Below are positions 51,073 through 64,000 of a stretch of 64,000 nucleotides of DNA, in pieces. Positions within the stretch are counted from its first letter, which is position 1. Each line of letters opens with the position of its first letter. Below the pieces are notes generated by a model. That model saw only the letters and a list, made by a program, of their open reading frames with translations. It had not been told where the DNA came from and made no database searches. Position numbers and translations under genes: made by a program. The stretch comes from Cenococcum geophilum (taxonomy: Eukaryota). The stretch spans positions 27,280,001-27,344,000 of the forward strand of contig CP158635.1 in the NCBI GenBank assembly GCA_050273025.1, in the 5' to 3' direction.

Positions 51073-53808
51073 CAGTGGTCTCGATGATATTTTTATTCAT
51101 TGCTTCTTAACGATATATTCATTCATAAGGAGTGATAATGATTGAATATTTTGATAGCCCTTATGAATGAATATTCATAAGATTATAAATATATATAGAG
51201 ACTTAAAGCTCTCATGGGGTAGTAGGGTGTAGTAAAAGGATACTGAGGTGTAAACACAGGACCAGTTTTACACTGTACGTTCTGATATATACGCAAGAGT
51301 CAAATTTTTTAGACTCGCCCACAGATGCTTCCTTTCTGTAATATTATTTAACACCCCCCCCCTAATACCAACCACAATTTAGTACCATGCCTCCTTCTCT
51401 CTCGCAATCCATTGTTATTGACTCTGATAGCAATTCTGACGCCCAATCGGAACTATCTGAGCTTGAAAGCGAGCTCTTTGAAGACCTAAATCCCGACGAA
51501 GAATGCGACGCGTCACTCTCTTCCGAGTCCTCCCCCCAATCCTCCCCCCAATCCTTCGAACAGGCCCATAAAAAACGGAAAGTTCGGGCTGTAAATATAT
51601 GGGCTCTCGCGCGTAAGCCTGTTGGTAGTAAGCCGCTTGTAAATAGTAAAGGAAGGCGATACTGGTACTGTGGGCAATGTGTATTTTGGCGTGATGTAGT
51701 CACCACAAATATACGCACTCATCTATTTAATGCCCACGGCGTAGTTGTTAAAGAGGAAGACTCAGTTATTAAGCGGGCCACACAGCAGAGTCTTCAGGGC
51801 CTGTTCCACAAGCAAGGAGAGCTTCATACGCAGCAGCTTGAAAGGCAGAAGGACACTATACTACGAGAGAGCGTAAATCCAGCCCTAGTACGCGATGCCC
51901 TTGCACAGCTAATTGTGGTTCGAAATCTACCATATAAGGCAGTAACTTGGCCGGAGCTTCGAGCGCTACTTCTTACAGTAAACTACACCTGCGAAGAGGC
52001 TCTAATAGACTCCGATACTACGGTGCCTAGAATAATTGAGGAGTCCTACGTCCTTGATAAGGAAGTTCTTAAGCAAAAGCTGCAGTCCTCTCTTACGTCA
52101 ATACACCTCTCACTTGACGCCTGGACTTCGCCAAATCGAAAGACTTTTATTGCAATCTGCAGTCACTTTATTAACGATACAGGCGTACTTCGGAAGGCTC
52201 TACTTGCTCTACCTTTCCTTCCTGGTAAACACGGCGGCGACAAGCAGGTGGAAGTCCTCTGGCAAGTCCTCAAGGACTACCAAATACTTAACAAGGTTGG
52301 ATACTATGTAGGCGATAATCACGGCAGTAATGATAAACTTCTTCGAGAGCTATTTAAGAGGCTTTAGAAAGCAGGGACAGAAGCTTAATACGATCCACAG
52401 CAACACCGTATTCGCTGCCATGGGCACGTACTTAATATAGCCGCACAAGCTTTCTTCTTCTTAGAGGATAAGGAAGCCGTTGACGCTGCCTTTAAGGAGG
52501 CTCGCAAGAAGCTTGAGGCAGAGTTAGATCTTGAGGACGATTGGATTAAGGAGCTCCTTGCCAAAAGGTTTAAAAAAGGGAAGGCCAGCCAGTTTACTTA
52601 TCGCCAGATTGGTCCTCTAGGAAAGTTGCATAACGTTATTATACATATTCAAAGCTCTAACGCCCACTACAATTACTTTGTCGCGACCGCTCTTCGAGCT
52701 ATTCCTATAGATAATAACACACGGTGGAACTCGTGGTATCATATGATCTTAGTGGCTCTTAAATTAAAAGACACAATTGCAAAATATCAAGAGCAGTATG
52801 TTAAGGAATTTGATGAGGAGGACATCCTTAACGCCGCCGATTGGAGAGCTCTTAAAAATATTAGAGACTTCCTACAGCCCTTCCAGAGAGTTACAAAAGA
52901 GACGGAAGGTGACAAGGCTACCCTTAATAAGGTGCTTTATACAATGGATTTTATAGTAGAGCACTTTAAATCAGCTCTACATAAGTACGCAGCCAACCCA
53001 AAGCTCTGCGACTGCATTCGAACCAGCTGGCACGCCTTTAATAAATACTACCTTAAGACCGACGAAGTTACCGTGTACGGCGCAGCCTTACTATTGGCTC
53101 CTCACCGTAGGAAGGCCTACATCGATCGCAACTGGAAAGCTTCTTGGAGGAAGCCCGTAGTTAATGCGGCCCGGAGGCTTTGGGTAAATGAGTATAAGGA
53201 TAAGTATGCAAGTCAAGCAGAAGAGGAAGATATTGCTCGCGATTAGGAGCCTAACGAGTACAATATATGGAATAGGAAGCAGTCAATCCTTAACGCGATT
53301 AAGGATAAATTTGAACACTTTATCAACGCCTCCCCTACCAATCTTCCTGCTGGTACTACTGCCCTTAATTGGTGGCTTAATCCAAGCAATCACGTAGACT
53401 ACCCATCGCTCTACCGTATGGCAATAGATATCTTATCTATACCACCTATGTCAGCTGAACCAGAGCGAATATTTTCCGGAGCTCGAAGGACAATTACTTG
53501 GTAACGGATGAAGCTTAGGCCAGCGAATATTGAGCGATCGGAGTGCTTAAAGTCGTGGGTAAGAGGAGGAGTTGTACAAGGCTGGAGGAGGCAGCTACTG
53601 GTGAATGTAAGGGGGGGAGGGAAGGGGTAGAGGACTCTATAGAGACGTCGCCTAGATCAATTTAGGTACAACACCATGCCAAGACTGTTGATATTGCCTA
53701 TATCTACAATATCGCGATTATTCATTCATATCGCGATATTCTGATTGGCTTATGAATTGAATACGATATTAGGCCTATTTATTCATTCATTCATCATCGA
53801 GACCACTG
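51073..53808 (+). mobile_element. hAT DNA transposon 2, inserted in the 3' LTR of E
   Basis: 16-bp TIR CAGTGGTCTCGATGAT and perfect 8-bp TSD CCGTGACT (51065-51072 / 53809-53816). The uninterrupted site is seen in the 5' LTR. Confidence 0.96.
51387..53610 (+). pseudogene. hAT transposase with a few RIP-type stops
   Basis: BED-like WYCGQC..HLFNAH, LDAWTSPN, GDNHGSND, IRCHGHVLNIAAQAF, NTRWNSW, and dimerization motif ILSIPPMSAEPERIFSGARRTI. Confidence 0.92.
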
Positions 53809-54153
53809 CCGTGACTTTCCTATCTTAGAGAGGTCGTACCCTCCCACAATACTACTCCTCCTTACTACTAAGCCTAGCAGTAGTATATAAATCTACTATA
53901 ACTACTAAGGCCTAAATATAGTTATAATTAAGAATTAGTACCTACTGCTACTAATCTATAAGACACTTAACGCACTTTATAGTGCTAAGTACTTTACTAA
54001 ACTTAATATAATTACTACGTTTAATTAAATCCGGATTGCGAAGGGCTATAAGTAGCTTATAGCATTTATTACCCAGTTTAGACTCTATAAGATACTAGTT
54101 ATACTATTTAGCCTTTATAACGCACCCGCTACGTTCTAAAACTATATTAATTA

Positions 54154-54577
54154 ACGTATTCCACCAACGAGCCGGCCACCCCACCAAGCCGGCCACTTTT
54201 TTCCCCACTAAAAATCGTAAAAATCGCAATATAATATCTCAACAACCACTTAATAATAATTCCTAAAAATTTATATTTGAGCTTGCATATATACTCTATT
54301 TCATTTACTATAATTTTAGATAAATCTATTAAGTAGTTATAAAGATATTAAGATTAGAGTAGAATTTACGATCAAAAACTATATATCTTTAAAACTACTT
54401 AATAGATTTATCTGAAATTAAAGCAAATAAAGTAGAGTATATATGCAAGCTTAAAGATAAATTTTTAGAAATTATTATTAAGTGGTTATTAAGATATTGT
54501 ATTGCGATTTTTACGATTTTTAGTGGGGAAAAAAGTGGCCGGCTTGGTGGGGTGGCCGGCTTGCTGGTGGAATACGT
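54154..54577. mobile_element. Fold-back MITE of Fot1/pogo (Tc1-mariner) type, 424 bp
   Basis: TA TSD (54152-54153 / 54578-54579). Termini ACGTATTCCACCA..TGGTGGAATACGT. Imperfect inverted arms of ~195 bp around a ~34-bp spacer. The host RT frame is restored on removal. Confidence 0.93.
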
Positions 54578-55833
54578 TATATTTTATATAACGCCCTTAA
54601 TAACTACTATACTGCCTACCTTAATAACGTCCTTATCTTTTCTAAAATACGTGCTAAGTATACTAAGTATATAAATAAAGTTATCTAAAGACTTAGTAAT
54701 ACTAGACTTTAGATTAATATTAATAAGTTTAAGTTCTACTCTATAAAAACAAAATACCTCGGCTTAATTATCTTAACTAATAGTATAACTATAAACTTTA
54801 AGAAGGTATAGGCCTTATGGGAATAAAAGGACCTAATATTAATTAAAGAACTATAACAATTTCTTAGCTTTGCAAACTTCTACTAATAATTTATTTAAGG
54901 CTACTCTGCCATCGCCATACCTATAATAAAACTCTTAAAGAAGGATATTAGATAACTATAGGGACTAAAATAAGCTAAATTGTTTAATACCCTTAAGGGA
55001 GCCTTTACCTTAGTACTAGTATTAGCATACTCTAACTATATAAAGAAAACAGTAGTAGAGACAGATGTATTAAATTAGGCTTCTAGTGGAGTCCTTTCCC
55101 AATATAACAACAATAGTAAATTAAAACTGGTCATATTTTTCTCCGTAAAGCACTTTATACTAAAGTATAACTACAAGATCTATAATAAAGAACTCTTAGC
55201 TATTATTAAGCCTTTAAAGGAATGGCGTCCTAAGCTATAAGGGACTAAAAAGCCGTTTAAAATTATTACTAACTATAAAAACTTATAGACGTTTATAACT
55301 ACTAAGTAGCTAAATTAGCGCTAAGTCTAGTAGGTAGAGTTCCTTTTATAGTTTAACTTTATAATTATATATAGACCTAGTAGTAAAGCTACGCTCCCTA
55401 ACGCCCTAAGCTAGCTACTAGGAATAAGGCCTAAGGATACTAATAATAAACGCCTCCGCTACTAAGCCTAAGTCGTTATACTGCCCTAGAAAGTTAACCC
55501 TATAATCTTAAAAGAATTACTATATAAGTCCCGTAACTTTAATAACGTAAAGTTTATAGCCGCTCTAGACTCTAAAATAGCTAAAAAGTTACTAGATAAG
55601 TTAATCTAGTTAGAATACTAGGAGAACAAACACATAAAAGATATAGTAGCGGCCCTATATAATTAGAAAGCTCGCTAGTAGCTAAAGAAGATTAGGAAAT
55701 TACTTTGTTGCGATAAGTTAGAATATAGTATTATTAATAAACAGATCTACTTCCGCTAACGTCTCTTTATTTTTAACGCCCTAGACCTTTACCTAGAAGT
55801 TATTTATTACTTATATAGTAGCGGCCCCACTAG

Positions 55834-58800
55834 TGTAATGGGACTAGCCTAGTTATAGTAAGAATGTCTTAGTAAAATACTTAATAGATAAATTCCGACG
55901 CTTTAACCAAATTCTGCTAGATTAATTAAATTCTACTAAAGTCCGTTAAAGACCGCGTGCGTATATACGCACGCATTAACCACTAAGCCCCTAACTATTT
56001 AATTATATAATTCTCTTATTATTCCCTTCTCTTCTTTACGTAACGTCTTGTTCTTAGCAAGAGCTATATACCCTTAAATTTAGATAGAATTTATATTATT
56101 CCTTTAAATCTTCCCTAAAGTCTCTCCGCGCCCTTATATTATATTATATTAATACTAATACCCTTAAAATAGTAAATAAACTTAAATCCGCTATATTAAC
56201 TATTATGGCCCTAGTTAGGAAATAAATAACTATAATACAATAGTCCTTTATAGATGCCTTAGCCTGGTAACGAACTATACTAAAAGCTTAGTATTAGTAA
56301 TTAATTAAAGTAATACGTAAAGAACTCTATAATGCTAAAGTACTTACATTAGAGACCCTAATAGCAACACCTATAAATAAAATTAAAATAACTGTATATA
56401 AACCTAACCTATTAAATATAAACCTTAAACTAGTAACGGCAGCTTAACCTATACCTATAATAAACTTAATACTTACTATAAAATCTAAAAAGCTCTTTAA
56501 CCCTCTAATATTTAATAGAAATTAAAATAACCTATATCCCTTTATAACTAAGCTCTATCTTAAACTTTTAATAAACTATAACTAATACCCTACTAAAGCT
56601 AGTAAGATTAGCTATAGAATATCTTATTTAAGTAAAAACGCTATATAAACTATAGACCCATTCTTCTATAACGGCACCTTTATTAATTTTAAAACCTTTA
56701 TCTCTCTACTAAAATAAATATATAATAACGCTAGCCGTAAATATATAGCTATTACTAAACTTAAAAACCTATAATAACGGAACTAAGACCTTACTAGCTT
56801 CTTTTTAAAAAATTTAAGCCTTATTAGTAAACTAGATTAGAATAAAGCTACTAGAGTTACTACTCTCTATTAAGCTATTTTAGATAAAATTAGAGTATAG
56901 TTAATAGGTAGAGAACTGCTAAAGGACTTACCTAAATTTACTATAATATATTAATAAATTAATAAGGACCTTTAATATAATAAACAAACTCGTTCCCTAA
57001 AGCTAACTATATCTTATATTTAAAACTTTATAAAACTAGTATATACCCTAAAGTATAATCTATCTTTAAGACCTAAAAGTCCTATATATAACCCTATAGA
57101 CCTTAATACCACTTAATCCTATATATCCTTAAAAACTAATAAATAAAGAATATAAGCCGCAAATAGACAATGCTTTAGATATAGTAAAAAGGGATATAGT
57201 TAAAGAAATTACTAAACTTACCCTTTTAAAAAGGTCCACCGTAGCTCCTTTTAGTCCTTAAGTTATACTTATTTTATAAATTATACTTAGTTACTATAAA
57301 GTATTTTACCTTTAATTAATTTAGAAAACGAATTATCCTAGGGCTAAGTTGCGCCTTAGGATAAGAAGTAAAAGAGTATAAGTATTTAGGCTCTTCTAGC
57401 GCTAATATATAATATAACTCCCTTAATATACTTAGTAAAATTTAAATATTTAAAAAATAGAAAGAAGTATAAATCCTTATAGATAGTGGAGCTATTAGTA
57501 TAGGCTTTATTAATATAAACTATATAAAAACTAAATACTTAAATTTAAAAAAAAACTTAATAAGCCCTAAGGCCTATAAGGCTTTAATAGTAAGCCTTTA
57601 ATATACGGCGAATTAATATACTATACTCTTATAAAAATACAGATAGGTAAATACCTTAAATATATTTCCTTATTTATAATACCCTTAAAGTATTATAAAG
57701 TAATACTTAGATATAGATAGCTAAAATAATATAACCTTTTAATTAGCTAGGTTAAAGAAATACTAAAATTCCGTATAACTTACTACTAAAGTTATTACTT
57801 AAAATACTACTTACCCTATAAATATATATATAACTATTTAAATTTAATATAATATAAATCACCCTTACTATAAACCCTAAACTAATATAATAAAGTTATA
57901 ACTACTAATTATAGTAAAGAATGCAAGATAATATATTAAAACCCCTTAAATTTTATATAGTATAAGCCGTACCCTTTTATTTATTAGTAAAAAAAATAAG
58001 ATTATAAAATCTTTATTATAATACTAAAAGATATTAAAAAGGTCTTAAAACTAAAGTAATATATTAACCCCTAACCTCTTATACCTAAAGAATATTATAA
58101 TCTAATTAATACGTTTAAAAAATAATTTATAGACTAATTATTCCTATATTAAGATAAGCATAATTTTAAAATAGAACTTAAACCTAGTATAATGCTAAAG
58201 TTTGGCCTATTATACGGTATATTATAAGAAGAGCTGCTTATAATATAATAATACCTTAAAGAGCACTTAAAGAAAGGATTTATTTACCCTAGTTAATTAC
58301 TATTTACCTTATTTATACTATTTATTAAGAAACCTAGAGGAGGCTTAAAGTTTTATATTAATTATTAAGCCCTAAATATAATTATAATTTAAAACCAATA
58401 TTTAATTTCTCTGCTTTAAGAAACGCTTAACTATTTAGTAAAAGTATAATACTTTATAAAGCTTAATATAGTCGCTGCCTTTAATTAAATCTATATTTAT
58501 AAAGGAGATAAGAAGTATATAGCTTTCTATATATAATAGGGACTTTTTAAATACCTAGTAATGCTATTTAGTATAAAAAATAGTCCTAGTATATTTTAGT
58601 AATATATTAATAATACACTTTATAAATTCCTTAATATATTTATTACCGCGTATATTAATAATATCTTAATTTACTTATTTTTGCTTTTTAAGTATTAGAA
58701 GTATATTTAAATAGTCCTTAAACGCCTATAAGATATAGGCTTATAATATAATATTAAGAAATATAAGTTCTATATATCTAAAGTTATATACTTAGGCCTA

Positions 58801-59756
58801 ATTATATCCTATAATAGAATTAAAATAGACCCTAAAAAAATTGCTATAATTATAAACTAGGAAAGTCTTAGTAGTATATAATATATTTAAGGATTTTTAA
58901 AATCTGTAAATTTCTACTATTAATTTATTAATTACTTCTTAAAAATTATTTAGCTATTAGTAAACTTAATAAGGAAGAATATAAAATTTAAATAGACTAT
59001 TAAATATAAATAAGCTTTTAATAATCTAAAATATTATTTTATAACTATTTTAATTCTTACCTACTTTAATCTAGACCTTAAATATATTATTAAAATAGAC
59101 TTATCTAATTATATATTAGAAGGAGTATTATTATAATATAATAAGAACGGCGAGCTATACCTAGTAGCCTTTCTTTCCTAAAAACTTACCCCTATTAAAT
59201 TAAACTATAAGATATATAATAAGGAACTACTTATAATTATTAGATATTTTAAATAATAGCGTTTAGAATTTAAAGAATTATTATTCCTAATACGCGTATT
59301 AACGGACTATAAAAACTTATAGTACTTTATAACTATAAAGCAATTAATATAGTGCTAAATTAATTAGGCTAAATACCTTTTATAATTTAACTTTAAGATT
59401 ATATACTAACCTAGTAAACTTAATTAGAAGCCTAACTTATTAATATAATAATTATAAAACTTACCTATAAATACCTCTAATAAATAGATTATAAATTAAT
59501 TATAAATTCGATTACCCCCTAAATACTTTAAGAAACTACACCTTATATTTTTAAATATGGAGCTTAATAGGAATAAATTAGAAATTAATAAGTGGAATAT
59601 AGAAATTAATAAATTAATAGAGCATAAATATAAAAATAACCTTTAGATAGTAGATATAATAAAAGTAATTTAAATAGGGAAATAGTAATATAAGGATATT
59701 ATACTTTCTAAATATAAAATCCGTAATAATTAGTTATACTATTAATAAAAAATAAT
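55834..59756 (+). mobile_element. Gypsy element F (5' LTR ~55834-56138, gag-PR-RT-RH), heavily RIPed, interrupted by G
   Basis: Begins TGTAATGGG. Degenerate gag, protease (DSGA near 57480), RT (KKPGGGL near 58330; YIDD near 58650) and RNase H. The remainder lies beyond G or outside the window. Confidence 0.82.
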
Positions 59757-62700
59757 TGTTGGTAACATAGGGTAACTCCCTCACTAGTACTACTCGAGTA
59801 GATACAGTAATGTTGTTAATAATGCTTGATTATATAGAATTAAGGAAGGGCGAAGAGCTTAAGACTCCTCGCCACGCTAGTGCCGCGACAACACGTGACG
59901 ACCGCTTGCCTCATTCCCAACACTAGCAACTCTTCTTTTATAGTTGCTATCTATATACACTTATAGATTACTGCTATATAAAGATACTAAGCGAAGAAGA
60001 AGAAGAACGTTAGGGGTTAATACGAAGACAGATGGGCCGCCAAGGCGCTAGTAGTAAGCGAGCCAATAGCGATTTTCTATCCCGGGGATGGAAAATCCTA
60101 ATTAGCTGCTCTTAAATTGCTATATCTCCTACTCCCTTTTAACTTAACCTTCAACTCGTATATATAGAGTATTTTTATTAACAAACGTCTTTAGTACCTT
60201 ATTTAGGTTTGCCTTTATCATTATATCTACCGGGTTATCTTAGCTATTAATCTACTAAATTTTAAAGATTTTTTAACGCTTGTAGGATTACTAAAGTGCT
60301 ATAATATTAATTATAAGACACTTCTCCTTTATAGTACTAAGCTTAACTAAATACTTATAAAGGGAATATAAGTCGGTATATACAATTATAGAAATAATAG
60401 GAAGTTTAAGCCGATCTATAATTATCTTAAGGGTAGTTGCAATTGCAATTACTATATTAGCTCCGCTAACTATTCCATATATCTCTAACGCTAGAACGCT
60501 TTAAGTAATACGCTTATTCTTAGTTAAGCTCTAATAAATAAGATTGCCGTAGATTGTAAAGTTATTCTCTCTAGTAGATTTATTTATAATAATAATCTTA
60601 TATCTTAGCTAGGAGCTAAAATCTTTATTATTTATAAATAATCTATTAATAAATACAAAGAGCTTAGCGGTAGGAAGATTAATAGGTATATAGAGTAGTC
60701 CCTAATTAAGATAGTTTATTTACCAGGAAAGGCGCTTATTTAGGGTAGGAATGTCCTCCTTAGTTAGTTCCTAGTATTAAGCGGCAATAGAGAGATTAAA
60801 GGAAGCCTTAAGTTAACAGATAAAAGTAATATAAACTCCATAAGCACGTTACTCTACATCTCCTTACTTTAGAGAATTAACATTAATAATATTAATCTTC
60901 TTACCTTAACCTTTCTGGCATAAAGCAATAGAATTCTTGTTTAGGGAGAGGATACATTTATTAAAAAGCAGTAGTGTTATTAAGTTAAGTCTTTCCTTTA
61001 GCTTTGCTATAAGATTTACCTTTACTAGCTTATCTTCTTTAAGAGCTAAGAATTAACCGTCTCCTAAGATAATTATATTATTAGTTTATATGCCGACAAT
61101 TCTAAATAGAGTTCCCGTAGTTATAATAAGGAAGTAGGGATTAAATATAAAAGTAGTTATTAAGAGCTTCTCCTTATAGTGCTTACTATAGGTAGCCTAC
61201 TAATAAGTTCCCACCTCTACAATTCTATATAATAGCTTAAGTATAACTATAATTATATCTTCGGGATATTAGTAACAAATTTACTCTAAAAGGTATACTA
61301 GTATTAAGCGCTAAAGGTACGTCTCTAATTAGGTATATACCTAAGTAATATTTTATAAATAAACCGCTATTTTATTCTTTATTAAGGAGGGAGCTAGCGT
61401 AATAATAACTTATTAACTAGCTTGTTAAATTATAGGGGATTATATAAGAATTACTTTCTTACTATTATTATTATAACCTTAAATAACTAGTCTCAACTTC
61501 TTAAATAGGGTGTTAGTAGCTTTGCCTTTAATCTTATTAACTATTTTTAACTTAAAGATACGAACTCCATTAAAACTTAGTAGGGTTATACTTCTTAAAT
61601 TTAAAGACTCCTCTTATAATAAGACCATTAATCTCCTGCTTATTAGATGCTTAAAAAGGGGCTCCTAGAGTTATAATACGGCCTTTCTTTTAGAGTTGTT
61701 TTGCAAGCTTAAAGTCCGCCTTTTCTTTAGCTATTATAAAGGCCATTAATAACTTAACTCTACTCTTAATGGCAGCAACGAATTGCTCTTTAAAATTAAT
61801 AAAATGTTAGCGATTTTATAATCCTTTTGGGTAACCTTTACCGCGTTATAGTTGCGGCACATCTGCTATAATTATATTAGAATTATAGTCGCCTTCTAGA
61901 GTATATTAATCGTAGTTCTTCTCTAAGGTATCCTCTAGGGCATCCTATAAAGGCTTAAAACTATTATCTCTATAGTAGGGCTTAACAACGGTTAAGCGAA
62001 ATTAAGTAGGTCTATAGGGCATTTAAAGAGTATAAGTTTAACCCTTAATAGCGATAAGTATATATAGGCCTAACTAGCCCCCTTTCTTACGCCATACCCG
62101 TACTTTAGATTGGAGTGGTAGATCTATTATTATTAAGGTGTTTAGACCATTTCTTATTCTTAGTGCGTCGTTAACCTAGCGTGTAGCGTAGATACGGCGC
62201 ACCTCCTTTATTACCTTATAGATAGCCTCAGCTTATTATATAACAGATAGAGATAGTAGAGAATTATTAGTTATTTAAGGGTAGGCGCTAAAGACTAGCA
62301 ATATAGGTATAAGCCTATCTAGGCTAGCGGAATCGTTAATAGCCTTAACAGCTATCTATAAGATAAGCTCTTTACTAGCGCCCTCTAGTTCTAAAGAAAT
62401 AATCTTATATACTTAGCGTAATGGCGTGTAATATTATTCTACTTTTCTAATATTATTATATGCCTTAATAGGGACTTCCTTAACCTTAATTTCCATTACC
62501 TTTACCTATTGCCAAAACTCTATAAATAAGAAGTTCCTTCCTACGTCGTAAATAACTTAATTAGGGGGTCTTAGGTAGATATTAATCTAGTATAATTAAA
62601 GAGTATCCTATGCGTTCCTAGCTAATATATTCTTTAAGAAGCGTGCGGCTTAGAAGGAGGTTAAGGAGTTAATAACTTAGAGTACTGGCTTGCCGCTAAG

Positions 62701-64000
62701 ATATATAATATTAATAATAATACAGAAGTTAAAGTTATAGTTATCTTTAAGGGTAAACTTAAATCGGCTAGGGGACTTCTAGTTTATTTAGTAGTAATAG
62801 CAGTACTTTATAAGATGCTTAATTATTTTAACCTTAACTTTATAACCTGCTCGCTAAAGAACCCTAAGCAGTTAGTAAATGGATAGGTAGCTAAAACAAC
62901 GGTATAGTTAACGTAGCTTTAACTCGGTTAAGTGGCTTTAAGTAATACTCCTTTCTGGCTATTAAAGGAGTAACTAAGGGTAACCCTACTTGCGTATAAC
63001 GGGTACCCAATTATCTCCCTAAACGAGCATATTCTTAAGGTTATCGAGCTTAACACCTAATTTATTTATATTTTGGATGTAGAATAGAAATAGGGTATTT
63101 ATAGGAATAATATGGAAAGTAATATATCCTAACGGGGTTTAGACCTTAATTATACTAAGAGAGATTGTAATATCCTTACTAAAGCAAATTGTATGTTAGC
63201 CTACCGTTAATTAGTTAATCTAAACAGAGCTATTAAGCTGCTAAAGAGCTTAAACTTAAGGTTCTCCTACTGTTGATACTCCTATGGCTCTAGTATCTAG
63301 TATAATACTATAAAAGACGTTTACTAAGTATCTATTATTAAAGGAGAATACGGAACTCTCCTTTAGCTTATTAAAGATATTTAACTTTGTAATAGAATAA
63401 AGCGTAGATTAGTTATTAAGGACAGCGATGGTTTATATACTATTTACCTTACTATACTTAGTAAAGTATTAGTTAAGAGAGTAGTCCTTAATTTCTATAT
63501 CTATAAGGAGCTGTTTGGCCTTATTAACCTTACCCTTAAGATCTTCTTCGCCTTTATATTAAACCAGGAAGCTTTAAAAGTAGGCTAGAGTAACCTCTTA
63601 GTTTTTGACGTTTTATGCGCTCTAGCGAAACTTATTATATGCCTCCTTTCGTCTATTAAGGGGGTGCCTAGTTAACTAGTAATTTAGCTTCTTATAAACG
63701 TAGTACTTCTTTTAACAATTGCTCCGAAATAAACCTCCATAATTACCTCATGGTTGACGTTAATTGTACCCTCTACTATATCCCCTACCACGGCTACTAT
63801 ATATTTAGTCGGTCCAGCCATAATTATATTAATTAGCCAGGTCGGTTGGAGTAGGTTAGGGTTAGATGTTAAATTGCTATACTTCTTAAGAGCGCAGAGC
63901 GGTGCTAATAGAGGATCTTAATTAAGTATATACTCCTTTATAAGTATTTATAGGATTAAAGAGAGCAAGATTGTATTCTTTAACACCTTAGTATACGCTA
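59757..64000 (-). mobile_element. Ty1/Copia element G (3' LTR 59757-59922; runs off the window end)
   Basis: LTR TGTTGG..CCAACA. De-RIPed minus-strand order is PR (GIMPDTGA ~63300), INT (VPIEAHNSIGKVERYH ~62450), RT (KPLYGI.EAG.HW ~61220), RH (IRWI.G.DNPADAMTK ~60240), which is Copia order. Confidence 0.88.

Larger units (their letters stand above)
44873..53848 (+). mobile_element. Non-autonomous (gag-only) LTR element E, lightly RIPed; 3' LTR split by hAT 2
   Basis: 5' LTR 44873-45121; 3' LTR 50860-51072 + 53817-53848; 4-bp TSD ATAC; PPT AGTGGGGGAGG before the 3' LTR. No RT/RH/INT recognisable. Confidence 0.88.
35261..55833 (+). mobile_element. Plus-strand Gypsy element D, fragmented (pieces ~35261-36521, 44551-44872, 53849-54153, 54578-55833)
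   Basis: Pieces rejoin in frame across TSDs. De-RIPed reading: STSPAAAPLLLAAKPGGGVRIC.DYRGLN, MPFGL.NAPATFQNYIN, YLDD (near 54616-54627), RNase H ETDAS/YEIYDKELLAI. Host of A3, E, the MITE and F. Confidence 0.8.

Noticed and set aside
9790..64000. Scattered TTAGGG/CCCTAA hexamers and short hydrophobic ORFs in AT-rich DNA
   Set aside because: Expected by-products of RIP; no tandem telomeric array and no coding evidence.

Overview
Genomic DNA from a filamentous ascomycete with repeat-induced point mutation (RIP). The first ~9.7 kb is gene-bearing. It holds an intact 9-exon gamma-tubulin gene (205-2102), an Argonaute/PIWI 3' pseudogene fragment (2742-3375, minus), a HeLo-like/ubiquitin-like/Zn-ribbon gene split by a hAT transposon (3731-7985; hAT at 4804-7606) and a small Cys-rich gene (8614-8895). 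The remaining ~54 kb is one AT-rich, RIP-degraded nest of transposons, most with boundaries resolvable by LTRs/TIRs and target-site duplications (TSDs). It contains several Ty3/Gypsy elements, a gag-only non-autonomous LTR element, a second hAT, a fold-back Fot1-type MITE and a Ty1/Copia element. The top finding is two copies of a ~1-kb non-coding SINE-like retroposon (12016-13045 and 25891-26907, minus). Each begins, exactly at its TSD-defined 5' end, with a complete HDV-like self-cleaving ribozyme fold carrying a covaried P1.1, and ends in a covarying stem-loop and a trinucleotide tail. Also notable are an intron-containing antisense Zn2Cys6-like gene carried by one Gypsy family and CCAAT-plus-palindrome modules shared by unrelated retroelements. 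All calls come from reading the sequence by eye; no database searches were run.
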